From the NCBI GenBank assembly GCA_051313645.2, contig JBNRSN020000014.1, positions 44,764,001-44,828,000 of the forward strand: a DNA stretch of 64,000 nt, given 5' to 3'. Positions within the stretch are counted from its first letter, which is position 1. Every line of letters begins with the position of its first letter. Below are positions 36,307-50,043 of the stretch, one piece after another. The notes below the pieces were generated by a model. The model was not told where the DNA came from and did not search any database. It saw only the letters and a program-made list of their open reading frames with translations. Origin of the DNA: Centroscyllium fabricii. Lineage: Eukaryota. The position numbers were made by a program, and so were the translations under genes.

Positions 36307-37428
36307 TTAAGTCAACAGTGTTTCAGCCAATGCAAAAGAAATGAATTCAGCAGGCCGTATCTGATTAGTGTACAAGTTTGGAGTTTAGCTCGGCAACGTG
36401 TGATTCTTTTTTGGACAGGGCTGCTTCTTGACAGGAGCGGAGTGAACATACAGCAGTAACATTGCTGGCTAAGGACGAACTGCCATGTTCAGAAATTACT
36501 TTGGCTACCGGGCATTTCTTAGAATTTTGAAGAGCATAAAATTTCATCTCCGTATCAACGCTTTGATATGGCCTTTGACTAGCAATCACCAAATTAAAAG
36601 TGTGGAAAGAGTTGATGAAACGCAATGTGTTAAAGTTAAGGAGCCGCAAAATTAAATTGACTTCATGAGAATAGGAAAATCTGTTGCAATGTTTGACCCC
36701 TGCACCATGGCTTTCTTGTTTTTAATGGTTTTCATATAACCATTTCCCTGGCAGGAATATTTTCAACACATTGTTAGCTACACAAGTGTAACTGGACAAA
36801 AGTTCATACTGTAGCAGTGCTGATTTCAAAGCATTATAGTCAATTAGACCAGGTGTGTTGCAGTTTCATTGTATGATGCCTTTATTCATCCCTGTCAGTA
36901 TTTTTCAATTTGAGCTGTCTCCATAAATTACAAATTGTTAGAAGGTTTAATGGATCTGGTTAAAAACGTGTGAAGATTTTGGAAATGTCATTAGATTATG
37001 TGAAAAAATGGTTCAATCTGGCTAAGCTTGGCTGTAAAATTCACAAGAAGTGCATGGTTTCAGTTTGGTTCAGGTCCCATTCTTCAATAATGTCTAGAAA
37101 ATACTGGTACCAATCCGTACAGGCCGGGAAGGTCACAACTTCAATCCCCAATCTGTGCCAAATGAGCTGGTCTGAGCTGTGATCCTGCTGTGTGTTGTAA
37201 CTCACCTCCGCAGGTCCACAGAGATATGTTCCTCAGCCATTGTCCCAACACGTGCAGGATGGACCGGCTTTGATGGGCTTCACAATTGAATAGCCTGCTG
37301 ATGTTCTTGCCTCACCTCACATGTGAAGAATAGACATTTGAGTGAGGCACTGGAAAGCTGCCAATATTTATGTATGACAAATCACATGCCTTCAGAACAG
37401 CAGTGTTTTTAAAAAAGGACAAATTTAT

Positions 37429-40400
37429 GTAATCCAGAGCAGCAGCAGATTCATAACACAGTGCAGTAATAAAGTCATGATCCGGTGCAGCAATGGACCC
37501 ATGATCCAGTGCAGCAATAAACTTGTGATCCAGTGCAACAATAGACTTGTGATCCAGGGCAGCAATAGACTCGGGATCCAGTGCAGCGATAGACTCGTGA
37601 TCCAGAACAGCAATAGATGTGTGATCCAGAGCAGCAATAGACTCATGATGCAGTGCAGTGATAGACTCGTGATCCAGAGCAGCAATAGACTCGTGATCCA
37701 GAGCGGCAACAGACTCATGATCCAGTGCAGTGATAGACTCATGACCCAGTGCAGTGATAGACTCGTGATCCGGAGCAGCAATAGACTTGTGATCCAGTGC
37801 CGCAATAGACTCGTGATCCAGTGCAGCAATAGATTTGTGATCCAGTGTAACCGTAGACTTGTGATCCAGTGCAGCAATAGACTTGTGAGCCAGAGCAGCG
37901 ATAGAATCATGATCCAGTGCAGCAATGGACATGTGATCCAGTGCAGCAATAGACTTGTGATCCCATGCAGCAATGGACCTGTGATCCAGTGCAGCAATCA
38001 ACATGTGATCCAGTGCAGCAATAGACTTGTGATCCAGTACAGCAATAGACTCATGATCCAGTGCAGCAATAGACTCATGAACTAGTGCAGTAATAGACTT
38101 GTGATCCAGTGCAGCAATAGACTCGTGATACAGTGCAGCGATATACTCGTGATCCAGAGCAGCAATAGACTCGCAATCCAGTGCAGCAATAGACTTGTGA
38201 TCCAGTGCAGCAATAGATTGTGATCCAGTGCAGCGATAGACTTGTGATCCAGTGCAGCAATGAACGTATGATACAGTGCAGCAATAGATGTGTGATCCAG
38301 TGCAACAATGGACTTGTGATCCAGTGCAGCAATGGACCAATGACCCAGTGCAGCAATAGACACATGATCCAGTGCAGCAATAGACACATGATCCAGTGCA
38401 GCAATCGACTTGTGGTCCAGTGCAACAAGACTCGTGATCCAGATCAGCAGTAGACTTGTGATCCAGTGCAGCAATATACTTGTGATCCAGTGCAGCAATA
38501 GATTGTGATCCAGGGCAGCAATAGATTTGTGATTCAGTGCAACAATAGACTCGTGATCCAGTGCAGCAATATACTTGTGATCCAGAGCAGCAATACACTT
38601 GTGATCCAGTGCAGCAATAGACTCATGATCCAGTGCATCTATAGACTTGTGATCCAGTGCAGCAATATACTCGTGATCCAGAGCAGCAATAGGCTTGTGA
38701 TCCAGTGCAGCAATAGACTCGTAATCCAGTGCATCAGTAGACTCATGAACCAGTGCAACAACAGACTCGTGATCCAGTGCAGCAAAAGACTCATGATCAA
38801 GAGCAGCAATAGACTCATGATCCAGTGCAGCTTTGGACTCGTGATCCAGTGCAGCAATAGTCTTGTGATCCAGGGCAGCAATAGGTTTGTGATCCAGTGC
38901 AGCAATGACCTTGTGATACAGTGCAGCAATAGATGTGTGATCCAGTGCAGCAATAGACTCATGATCCAGTGCAGCAATAGACACGTGAGCCAGTGCCACT
39001 TTGGACTTGTGATCCAGGGCAGTAATAGACTCGTGATCTAGAGCAGCAATAGACTTGTGATCCAGTGCAGCAATAGACTTGTGATCCAGTGCAGCAATAG
39101 ACTTGTAATCCAGTGCAGCAATAGACTAGTGATCCACTGCAGTAATAGACTTGTGATCCAGTGCAGCAATAGACACGTGATCCAGTGCAGCAATAGACTC
39201 ATGGTCCAGTGCAGCAAGACTCGTGATCCAGATCAGCAGTAGACTTGTGATCCAGTGCAGCAATAGACTTGTGATCCAGTGCAGCAATGGACCCGTGATC
39301 CGGGGCAGCAATAAACTTGTGATCCAGAGCAGCAATACACTTGTGATCCAGTGCAGCAATAGACTCGTGATTCAGTGCATCTATAGACTCATGATCCAGT
39401 GCATCAATAGACTTGTGATCCAATGCAGCAATATACTCGTGATCCAGAGCAGCAATAGACTTGTGATCCAGTGCAGCAATAGACTTGTGATCCAGTGCAT
39501 CAATAGACTCATGAACCAGTGCAACAACAGACTCATGATGCAGTGCAGCAAAATACTCGTGATCTAGAGCAGCAATAGACTTGTGATCCAGTGCAACAAC
39601 AGACTCGTGATCCAGTGCAGCAATAGACTCGTGATCTAGAGCAGCAATAGACTTGTGATCCAGTGCAGCAATAGACTTGTGATCCAGTGCAGCAATAGAC
39701 TTGTGATCCTGTGCAGCAATAGACTCTTGATCCAGGGCAGCAATAGACTTGTGATCCAGTGCAGTAATAGACTTGTGATCTGCTGCAGCAATAGACATGT
39801 GATCCAGTGCAGCAAGATACTCGTGATCAAGGGCAGTAATACACTCGTAATTCACTGCAGCTTTGGACTCGTGATCCAGGGCAGCAATAGACTTGTGATC
39901 CAGTGCAGCAATAAATTATTGATCCAGGGCAGCAATAAACTCTTGATCCAGTGCAGCAATAAACTCTTGATCCAGTTCAGCAATAGACTGGTGATCCAGT
40001 GCAGCAATAGACTCGCGATCCAGTGCAGCAATAGACTTGTGATCCAGTGCAGCAATAGACTTGTGATTCAGTGCAGCAATAGACTCGTGATCCAGTGCAG
40101 CAATACACTCGTGATCCAGGGCAGCAAAAGATTCATGATCCAATGCAATAATAAACTCGTGATCCTGTGCAGCAATAGACTCGTGATCCAGTGCAACAAT
40201 AGACTCGTGATCCAGGGCAGCAATGGACTCATGATCCAGTGCATCAATAGACTCGTGATCCAGTGCATCAATATACTCGTGATCCATTGCAGCAATGGAC
40301 TCATGATCCAGTGCATCAATAGACTTGTGATCCAGTGCAGCAATAGACTTGTGATCCAGTGCAGCAATAGACTCATGAACCAGTGCAACAATAGACTCGT

Positions 40401-43400
40401 GATTCAGTGCAGCAAAAGAATCATGATCAAGAGCAGCAATAGACTCATGAGTCAGTCCAGCTTTGGGCTCGTGATCCAGTGCAGCAATAGCCTCGTGATC
40501 CAGGGCAGCAATAGGTTTGTGATCCAGTGCAGCAATAGACTCGTGATCCAGTGCAGCAATATAATCACAATACAGTGCAACAATAGACTCATAATGCACT
40601 GCAGTAATAGACTTGTGATCTAGAGCAGCAATAGACATGTGATCCAGTGCAGTAATAGACGTCTGATCCGCTGCAGCAAGAGACGTGTGATCCAGTGCAG
40701 CAATAGACTTGTGATCCAGTGCAGCAATAGACTCATGATCCACTGCAGCAATAGACTCATGATCCAGTGCAGCAATAGACACGTGAGCCAGTGCCGCTTT
40801 TGACTCGTGATCCAGGGCAGTAATAGACTTGTGATCTAGAGCAGCAATAGACTTGTGATGCAGTGCAGCAATAGACTTGTGATCCAGTGCAGCAATAGAC
40901 TAGTGATCCACTGCAGTAATAGACTCGTGATCCAGTGCAGCAATAGACTCTTAATCCGGTGCAGCAATAGATTCATGATCCAGGGCAGCAATAGCCTTTT
41001 GATCCAGTGCAGTAATAGACTTGTGATCTGCTGCAGCAATAGACATGTGATCCAGTGCAGCAAGAGACTCGTGATCAAGGGCAGTAATACACTCGTAATC
41101 CAGTGCAGCTTTGGACTCGTGATCCAGGGCAGCAATAGACTCATGATCCAGTGCAGCAATAAACTCTTGATCCAGGGTAACAATAAACTCTTGATCCAGT
41201 GCAGCAATAGACTCTTGATCCATTGCAGCAATAGACTCATGATCCAGTGCAGCAATAGACTTGTGATCCATTGCAGTAATAGACTTGTGATCCAGGGCAG
41301 CAATAGATGCGTGATCCAGGGCAGCAATATATTTGTTATCCAGTGCAGCTTTGGACTCGTGATCCAGGGCAGCAATAGACTCATGATCCAGTGCAGCAAT
41401 AAACTATTTGATCCAGTGCAGCAATAGACTCATGATCCAGTGCAGCAATAGACTCTTGATACAGTGCAGCAATAGACTTGCGATCCAGTGCAGCAATATA
41501 CTTGTGATCCAGTGCAGCAATAAACTATTGATCCAGTGCAGCAATGGACATGTGAACCAGTGCAGCAATAAACCCTTGATCCAGGGCAGCAATAGACTCA
41601 ATATCCAGTGCAGCAATAGACTCGTGATCCCTTGCAGTAATAGACTTGTGATCCAGGGCAGCAAGAGACACGTGATCCAGGGCAGTAATACACACGTAAT
41701 CCAGTGCAGCTTTGGACTCGTGATCCAGGGCAGCAATGGACTCATGATGCAATGAAGCAATAGACTTGTGATCCAGTGCAGCAATAGACTCGTGATCCAG
41801 TGCAGCTTTGGACTCCTAATCCAGTGCAGCTTTGGACTCGTGATCCAGGGCAGTAATAGACTTGTGATCCAGAGCAGAAATAGCCTGGTGATCCAATGCA
41901 GCTTTGGAGTTGCTATCCAGTGCAGAAATAGACCTGTGACCAGTGCAGCAATAGACTTGTGATCCAGTACAGCAATAGAATTGTGATCCAGTGCAGCAAT
42001 AGACTTGTGATCCAGTGCAGCAATAGACTCATGATCCAGTGCAGCAATAGACTCATGATCCAGTGCAGCAATGGACTTGTGATCCAGGGCAGTAATATAC
42101 TTGTGATCCAGGGCAGCAATAGACTCGTGATCCAGGGCAGCAATAGACTTGATATCCAGTGCAGCAAATACTCCTGATCCAGTGCAGCAATGGACTTGTG
42201 ATCCAATGAAGCAATAGACTCGTAATCCAGTGCAGCAATGGACTTGTGATCCAATGAAGCAATAGACTCGTAATCCAGTGCAGCAATAGTCTTGTGATCC
42301 AGTGCAGCTTTGGACTCATGATCCAGGGCAGTAATAAACTTGTGATCCAGTGCAGCAATAGCCTCATGATTCAGTGCAGCTTTGGAGTTGCTATCCAATG
42401 CAGCAATAGAACTGTAACCAGTGCAGCAATAGACTTGTGATCCAATACAGCAATAGAATTATGATCCAGTGCAGCAATATACTCGTCATCCAGAGCAGCA
42501 ATATATTCGTGAACCAGTGCAGCAATAGACTTGTGATCCAGTACAGCAATAGCCTCATGATCCAGTGCAGCTTTGGACATGTGATTCAGTGCAGCAAAAG
42601 ACTAGTGATCCAGTGCAGCAATAGACTCGTGATCCAGTGCAGCAATATACTCGAGAGCCATTACATCAATTGATTTGTGATACAGTGCAGCAATAGTCTT
42701 GTGATCCAGAGCAGCAATGGACTTGTGATCCAGTGCAGACATAGACTCGTGATCCAGGGCAGCAATAGACTCGTGATCCAGTGCAGCAATGGACTCGTGA
42801 TCCAGTGCAGTAATAGACTTGTGATCCTGTGCAGCAATAGACGCGGGATCCAGTGCAGCAATAGACTTGTGATGCAGAGCCGCAATTGACTTGTGATCCA
42901 GTGCAGCAATATATGCACAATCCAGTGCAGCAACAGACTCATGATCCAGTGCAACAATAGACTCATGATCCAGTGCAGCAATAGACTCACAATCCAGTGC
43001 AGCAATACACTTGTGATCCAGTGCAACAATAGACTCATGATCCAGTGCAGCAATAGACTCACAATCTAGTGCAGCAATACACTTGTGATCCTGTGCAGCA
43101 ATAGACGCGGGATCCAGTGCAGCAATAGACTTGTGATGCAGAGCCGCAATTGACTTGTGATCCAGTGCAGCAATATATGCACAATCCAGTGCAGCAACAG
43201 ACTCATGATCCAGTGCAACAATAGACTCATGATCCAGTGCAGCAATAGACTCACAATCCAGTGCAGCAATACACTTGTGATCCAGTGCAACAATAGACTC
43301 ATGATCCAGTGCAGCAATAGACTCACAATCTAGTGCAGCAATACACTTGTGATCCAGTGCAGCAATAGACTTGTGATCCCGTGCAGTAATAGCCTCATGA

Positions 43401-46400
43401 TCCAGGGCCGCAATAGACTCGTGATCCAGTACAGCAATAGAGTCCTGATCCAGTGCAGCAATAGACTTGTGATCCAGAGCAGCAATAGACTTGTGATCCA
43501 GGGCAGCAATAGACTTGTGATCCAGGGCAGCAATAGACTTGTGATCCAGTGCAGCACAGACTCCTGATCCAGGGCAGCAATAGACTCGTGATCCAATGAA
43601 GCAATAGACTCACCATCCAGTGCAGCAATAGACTATTGATACAGTGCAGCTTTGGGCTTGTGGTCCAGTGCAGCAATGGTCACGTGATGCAGTGCAGCTT
43701 TGGACTTGCGACCCATTGCAGCAGTAGACTCGTGATCTAGTGCAGCTTTGGACTCATGATCCAGTACAGCTTTGGACTCGTGATGCAGGGCAGTAATAGA
43801 CTCATGATCCAGAGCAGCAATAGACTTGTGATCTAGTCCAGCTTTGGAGTTGTGATCCAATGCAGCAATCGACCTGTGACCAGTGCAGCAATAGACTTGC
43901 GATCTAGTGCAGCAACAGAATTGTGATCCAGTGCAGAAATAGACTTGTGATCCAGTACAGCAATAGCCTCATGATCCAGTGCAGCTTTGGACACGTGTTC
44001 CAGTGCAGCAATAGACTTGTGATCCAGTTCAGCAATAGACTTGTGATCCAGTGCAGCAATAGACTTGTGATCCAGTGCAGCAATAGACTTGTGATCCAGA
44101 GCAGCAATAGACTTGTGGTCCTGTGCAGCAATAGACTTGTGATCCAGTGCAGCAATAAACTCGTGATCCAGAGCAGCAATAGACTTGTGGTCCTGTGCAA
44201 CAATAGACTTGTGATCCAGTGCAGCGCTTCACTCATGATCCAGTGCAGCAATAGACTCATGATCCAGTGCAGCTTTGGACTCATGATCCAGGGCAGCAAT
44301 GGACTTGTGATCCATTAAAGATTTGAACACGTGGTCCAGTGCAGTAATAGACTTGCAATCCAGTGCAGCAATAAACTCAAGATCCAGTGCAGCCAGAGAT
44401 TCGTGATCCAGTGCAGTAATAGCCTTGTGATCCAGTGCAGCAATAGACTCGCGATCCAGTGCAGCAATAGACTTGTGATCCAGTGCAGCAATGAACTTGT
44501 GAACAAGTGCAGCAATAGACTCGTGATCCAGTGCAGTAATAGCCTTGTGATCCAGTGCAGCAATAGACTCGCGATCCAGTGCAGCAATAGACTCGTGATC
44601 CAGTGCAGCAATGAACTTGTGAACAAGTGCAGCAATAGACTCGTGATCCAGTGCAGCAATAGACTCGTGATCCAGTGCAGCATGAAGCAAGGGACTCATG
44701 ATCCGGTGCATCAATAGACTCGTGTCCCAGTACAGCAATAGGCTCGTGATCCAGTGCAGCAATAGACTCATGATCTAGTGCAGCAATAGACTCGTGATCC
44801 AGTGCAGCAATGGGCTTGTGATCCAGTGCAGCAATAGACTCATGATCTAGTGCAGCAATAGACTTGTGGTCCAGTGCAGCAATGGACTTATGATCCAGGG
44901 CAGCAATAGACTCGGAATCCAGAGCAGCAATGGACTTGTGATCCACTGCAGCAATAGACTTGTGATCCAGTGCAGCAATAGACATGTGATCCAGTGCAGC
45001 AATAGACTTCTGATCCAGTGCAGCAACGGGCTCGTGATCCAGTGCAGCAACAGACTCATGATCAAGTGCAGCAATAGACTCGTGATCTAGTGCAGCAATA
45101 GACTCGTGATCCAGTGCTGCAATGGGCTTGTGATCCAGTGCAGCAATAGACTCATGATCAAGTGCAGCAATAGACTTGTGGTCCAGTGCAGCAATGGACT
45201 TATGATCCAGGGCAGCAATTGACTCGGAATCGAGAGCAGCAATGGACTTGTGATCCACTGCATCAATAGACTTGTGATCCAGTGCAGCAATATACTTGTG
45301 ATCCAGTGCAGCAATAGAATTGTGATCCAATGCAGCAATAGACTTGTGATCCAGTGCAGCAATATACTCGTGATCCAGTGCTGCAATAGACTTGAGATCC
45401 ATTGCAGCAATGGACTCGTGATCCAGTGCAGCAATAGATTCATCATCCAGTGCAGCAATAGACTTGTGATCCAGTGCAGCAATAGACTTGTGATCCAGTG
45501 CAGCAATCGACTAGTGATCCAGTGCAGCAATCGACTCATGATACAGTGCAACAATAGACTTGTGATACACTGCAGCAATAGACCCGTGATCCAGTGCAGC
45601 AATGGACTTGTGATCCAGGGCAGCACTAGACACGTGATCCAGTGCAGCAATAGGCTTGTGATCCAGTGCAGCAATAGACTTGTGATCCTTTGCAGCAATA
45701 GCCACATGATCCAGTGCATCAATAGACTCGTGATCCAGAGCAGCAATAGACTTGTGATCCAGTGCAGCAATAGACTTGTGATCCAGTGCAGTAATAGACT
45801 TGTGATCCAGTGCACCATTAGACTCATGAGCCAGTGCAGCAATAGACTCTTGATCCAGTTGAGCAATAGACTCGTGATCCAGTGCAGCAATAGACTTGTG
45901 ATCCAGTGCAGCAATAGACTCGTGATCCAGTGCAGCAATAGACTCGTGATCCAGGGCAGCAATAGACTCATGATCGAGAGCATCAATAGACTTGTGATCC
46001 AGTGCAGCAATAGACTTGTGATCCAGTGCAGCAATAGACTCATGATCCAGTGCAGCAAGAGACTCGTGATCCAATGCAGCAATATACTCGTGATGCAGTG
46101 TAGCAATAGACTCATGATCCAGTGCAGCAATAGCCGCGTGATCCAGTGCACCAATGGACTCGTGATCCAGAGCAGCAATAGACGTGTGATCCAGTGCAGC
46201 AGTAGACACATGATCCAGTGCAGCAATGAACTTGTGATACAGTGCAGCAATAGATGTGTGATCCAGTGCATCAATAGACTAGTGATCCAGTGCTGCAATA
46301 GACTTGTGATCCAGTGCAGCAATATGCTTGTGATGCAGTGCAGCAATGAACCTGTGATCCAGTGCAGTAATGATTCATGATCCAGTGCAGTAATGAACTT

Positions 46401-47569
46401 GCGATCCAGTGCAGTGACAGACTCATGATCCAGTGCAGCAATAGACTTGTGATCCAGTACTGCGATAGACTCGTTTTCCATTGCAGCAATGAACTTGTGA
46501 TACAGTGCAGCAATAGATGTGTGATCCAGTGCATCAATAGGCTAGTGATCCAGTGCAGCAATAGACTCGTGATCCAGTGCAGCAATAGACTCGTGATGCA
46601 GTGCAGCAATAGACTCATGATCCAGTGCAGCAATAGCCTCATGATCCAGTGCACCAATAGACTCATGATCCAGAGCAGCAATATACTTGTGATCCAGTGC
46701 AGCAATAGACTCGTGATCAAGTGCAGTGAAGACTCATGATCCAGTGCAGCAATACACTTGCGACCCAGTGCAGTGATAGACTCGTGATCCAGTGCAGCCA
46801 TAGACTTGTGATCCAGTGCAGCAATATACTCATGATCCAGTGCGGCAATAGACTTGTGATCCAGTTCAGCAATAGACTCGTGATCCAGTGCCGCAATGGA
46901 CTCGTGATCCAGGGCAGCGATATACTCGTGATCCAGTGCAGCAATAGACTCCTGATCCAGTGCAGTAATAGACTCGTGATACATTGCAGCAATAGACTCG
47001 CTATCGAGTGCAGCAATAGACGCGTGATTCAGGGCCGCAATAAACTCGTGATCCAGTGCAGCAATAGACTCATGATCGAGTGCAGCAATAGGCTCGTGAT
47101 CCAGAGCAGCAATAGACTTGTGATCCAGTGCAGCAATAGACTCGTGATCCAGTGCAGCAATAGACTTGTAATCCAGTGCAGCAACAGACTCGTGTTCCAG
47201 TGCAGCAATAAACTCGTGATCCAGTGCAGCAATAGACTCGTGATCCAGTGCAGCAATAGACTCATGATCCAGTGCAGCAATAGACTCATTATCCAGTGCA
47301 GCAATGGACTCCTGATCCAGTGCAGCAATATACTCGTGATCCAGTGCAGCAATAGACTCATGATCCAGGGCAGCAATAGACTCATGATCCAGTGTAGCAA
47401 TAGACTCGTGATCCAGTGCAGCAATAGACTCATGATCGAGTGCAGCAATAGACTCGTGATCCAGTGCATCAATAGACTTGTGATCCAGTTCAGCAATAGA
47501 CTCATGATCAAGTGCAGCAATAGACTCATGATCCAGAGCAGCAATAGACTCATGATCCAGAGCAGCAAT
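37429..47569. repeat. ~10.1-kb tandem array of a 24-bp unit (consensus GTGATCCAGTGCAGCAATAGACTY), about 420 copies
   Basis: Continuous 24-bp period read directly, with occasional off-length (21-25 bp) units. It generates all the repetitive ORFs (SIAALDH[E/K], IQCSNRLV, LLLHWITS, YCCTGSQV). Confidence 0.98.
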
Positions 47570-47798
47570 TCAGCTGTCTAAGCTCTGGATTTCCTTTGAG
47601 ACACCGTTCTGCTTCTCCATCTCTCTCTCCACATTTAAGTGGTCTTTAAAACCTACCTCTTTGACCAAGCTTTTAGTCACTCCTCTGATATCTGCTTCTT
47701 TGGCGCAGTGTTAATTTGTTTCTCATTATGCTTCTGTGAATTCCTTTAGGATGTTTTTCTATGTTCAAGGTATTCTATAAATACAAGCTGTTGTTGTC
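47570..47798 (+). mobile_element. L2-like LINE 3' end
   Basis: tcagc...aagctctgg...ttaaaacctacctctttgaccaagctttt...tataaatacaagctgttgttg. Confidence 0.65.
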
Positions 47799-47894
47799 AT
47801 ACCGGCCTGAGTTCCTGTCTTACCTACCATAGTTATTAATCAGAAAACCTACAAGAACTGTTTTCAGTACAAAGCACTCCTCCATCTGTGTTAA

Positions 47895-48668
47895 TAGAAC
47901 ATAGAACATAGAACATACAGCACTGTACAGGCCCTTGGGCCCTCAATGTAGTGCCGCCCTTAGTCCTTTTCTGATTTTTCCTTTCCCCCCTACTGTTCCT
48001 TCCCCTCCATGTACCTGTCTATCATCCTTTTAAAAGCACCCAGACTGTCCGCATCCACTATTTCAGATGGTAGCCTATTCCATTCCCCGACCACTCTCTG
48101 TGTAAAGAACCTGCACCTGCCATCCCTTCTGAATCTTCCTCCTTGAATCTTGTGCTCGTGTCCTCTTGTTGACGTTCTTCCCGCCCGGGGAAACAGTCTT
48201 TGCACGTTTACTCTATCGATCCCCTTCATCATTTTAAACATCTCTATCAAGTCCCCCCTCTTCCTTCTCCGTTCCAGTGAGAAGAGTCCCAGCTCCCTCA
48301 ACCTCTCCTCGTATGACCTTCCTCCCATTCCCGGCAGCATCCTGGTGAATCTCCTCTGCACCCTCTCCAGCGCCTCCACATCTCTCCTGTAGTACGGTGC
48401 CCAGAACTGCACACAGTACTCCAAGTGTGGTCTCACCAGTGACCTGTACAGCTGCAGCATGACCTCCCGGTTCCTAAACTCTATTCCCCTGTTGATGAAG
48501 GCCAATACACCATAGGCCTTTTTCACTGCTTTGTCCACCTGGGTGGCAGCCTTCAGTGATCTGTGTACATATACTCCCAGATCCCTTTGCTCCTCTGCTT
48601 CACTCAGGATTCTGCCATTGACCCTATATTCCCTCTTCCTATTTGCCCTGCCGAAGTGCATCACCTCG
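47895..48668 (-). mobile_element. CR1 LINE 3' end with an open 224-aa RT C-terminus
   Basis: ORF 47990-48664 HFGR...RDLGV...RPHLEYCVQFWAP...FFTQRVVGEWNRLP; (agaacat)n tail. Confidence 0.92.
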
Positions 48669-49576
48669 TGTTCTTCAAAATGAGTGGGCTGTCTTTAAGT
48701 CTGGTTAGAGATAAGTTTCTTGTAGTCGTTTTCCTAATTTCCCTCACATAGAGACCCAAGAATGTGGGTCTCTGTTCACACCTGGTTCTCCTCTGATTAT
48801 ATATGTTATGAGGGAAATTGATGCACATCCTCGGATGACTCGATTAATTTGCTCAGAACTCAATTCTTCTGGGCTGGAGGTTGGGTCAAAGACACCCGAG
48901 TAAGGAGAAACGAGTATTGACTTGGTACCACTATGCATTCAGCCACTAATACCTTTTCCTATATTGATCTCCAGGCCACTCCAAAAAGCACTGACTTCTG
49001 TGCAAATGAGTAAATCCGATGCAAGGTGAATGAATGCCCCACCCTGAGAGAGCAGTGAACCAGTACTACACTCTCCACATGAGGAGAAGTAAATAAACAC
49101 AACACAATTTACCACTGGACAGGAAATATCTTGCCCTTTAGTTTTAATAATTAACAAAACAAATGGAGGTTGGTACCTTGCACTGAAAATATTCTCCGTT
49201 GGATTTCTTTCTTCTTCAATTTGTAGGGTTCAGACATTTGTTCCTGTTACACCATCCAGGGTAACTGTACAACTAAGTGTGCAGTGTATGTGTAGTTGGA
49301 GGGACCGAAATTAGGCGAAGCATATGATCTTTTGGGATTTTTATTTCCAGGGAAAAATTGGAAACTTTGACATTAACTCCTTATTATTTTCCCCTCTAGC
49401 CCTTTATGCTCCTGGCTTCCAATTCCCTCCTTGCGTGCCTGTGTGCAGACCAGTTTATTACTCATGTTGAGAGTAGACCAGTTTCAGTGAGCAGAGTGTG
49501 CTGGGTAACCTCTCCTCCCAATCCTATTCCTTGATTCACATTCCTGAAGTGTAGGAGGAAGATGCAATTTTTACAT

Positions 49577-50043
49577 ATTGACGTATGAGGAGAGATTGGG
49601 TCGATTGGGCTTTTTCTCGCTGGAGTTTAGAAGAATGAGAGGGGATCTCATCGAAACTTATAAAATTCTGACAGGTCCGGACAAACTAGATGCAGGAAGA
49701 ATGTTCCCGATGGTCGGAGATTCCAGAACCAGGGGTCACGGTCTAAGGATAAGCGGTAAGCCATTCAGGACAGAGATGAGGAAGAATTTCTTCACCCAGA
49801 GGGTGGTGAACCTGTGGAATTCTCTACCACAGAATGTAGTTGAGGCCAAGTCATTAAATATATTCAAGAAGGAGTTAGACATATTTCTTAGAGCTAAAGG
49901 TATCAAGGGACATGGGGAGAAGGCAGGTTCGGGGTACTGGGTTTGGATGATCAGCCATGATCTTATTGAATGGCGGAGCAGGCTCGAGGGGCCGAATGGC
50001 CTACTCCTGCTCCTATCTTCAATGTTTCTATGTTTCTATGTTT
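49577..50043 (+). mobile_element. CR1 (HER1-like) LINE 3' end; source type of the HE1 SINE tail
   Basis: YEERLGRLG..SLEFRRMRGDLIETYKIL...FFTQRVVNLWNSLP; 3'UTR nearly identical to HE1 tails. Confidence 0.92.

Noticed and set aside
37429-47569. CRISPR-like array
   Set aside because: Units are head-to-tail with no unique spacers, there are no cas genes, and the context is vertebrate.
37312-47581. Long ORFs (up to 464 aa) as annotated CDS
   Set aside because: They occur in several frames on both strands because the 24-bp unit is stop-free in those frames; stops and frameshifts break every frame.
48748-48771. Small hairpin AGAGACCCA...TGGGTCTCT as miRNA or terminator
   Set aside because: A 9-bp stem is too short for a pre-miRNA and is expected by chance in 64 kb.
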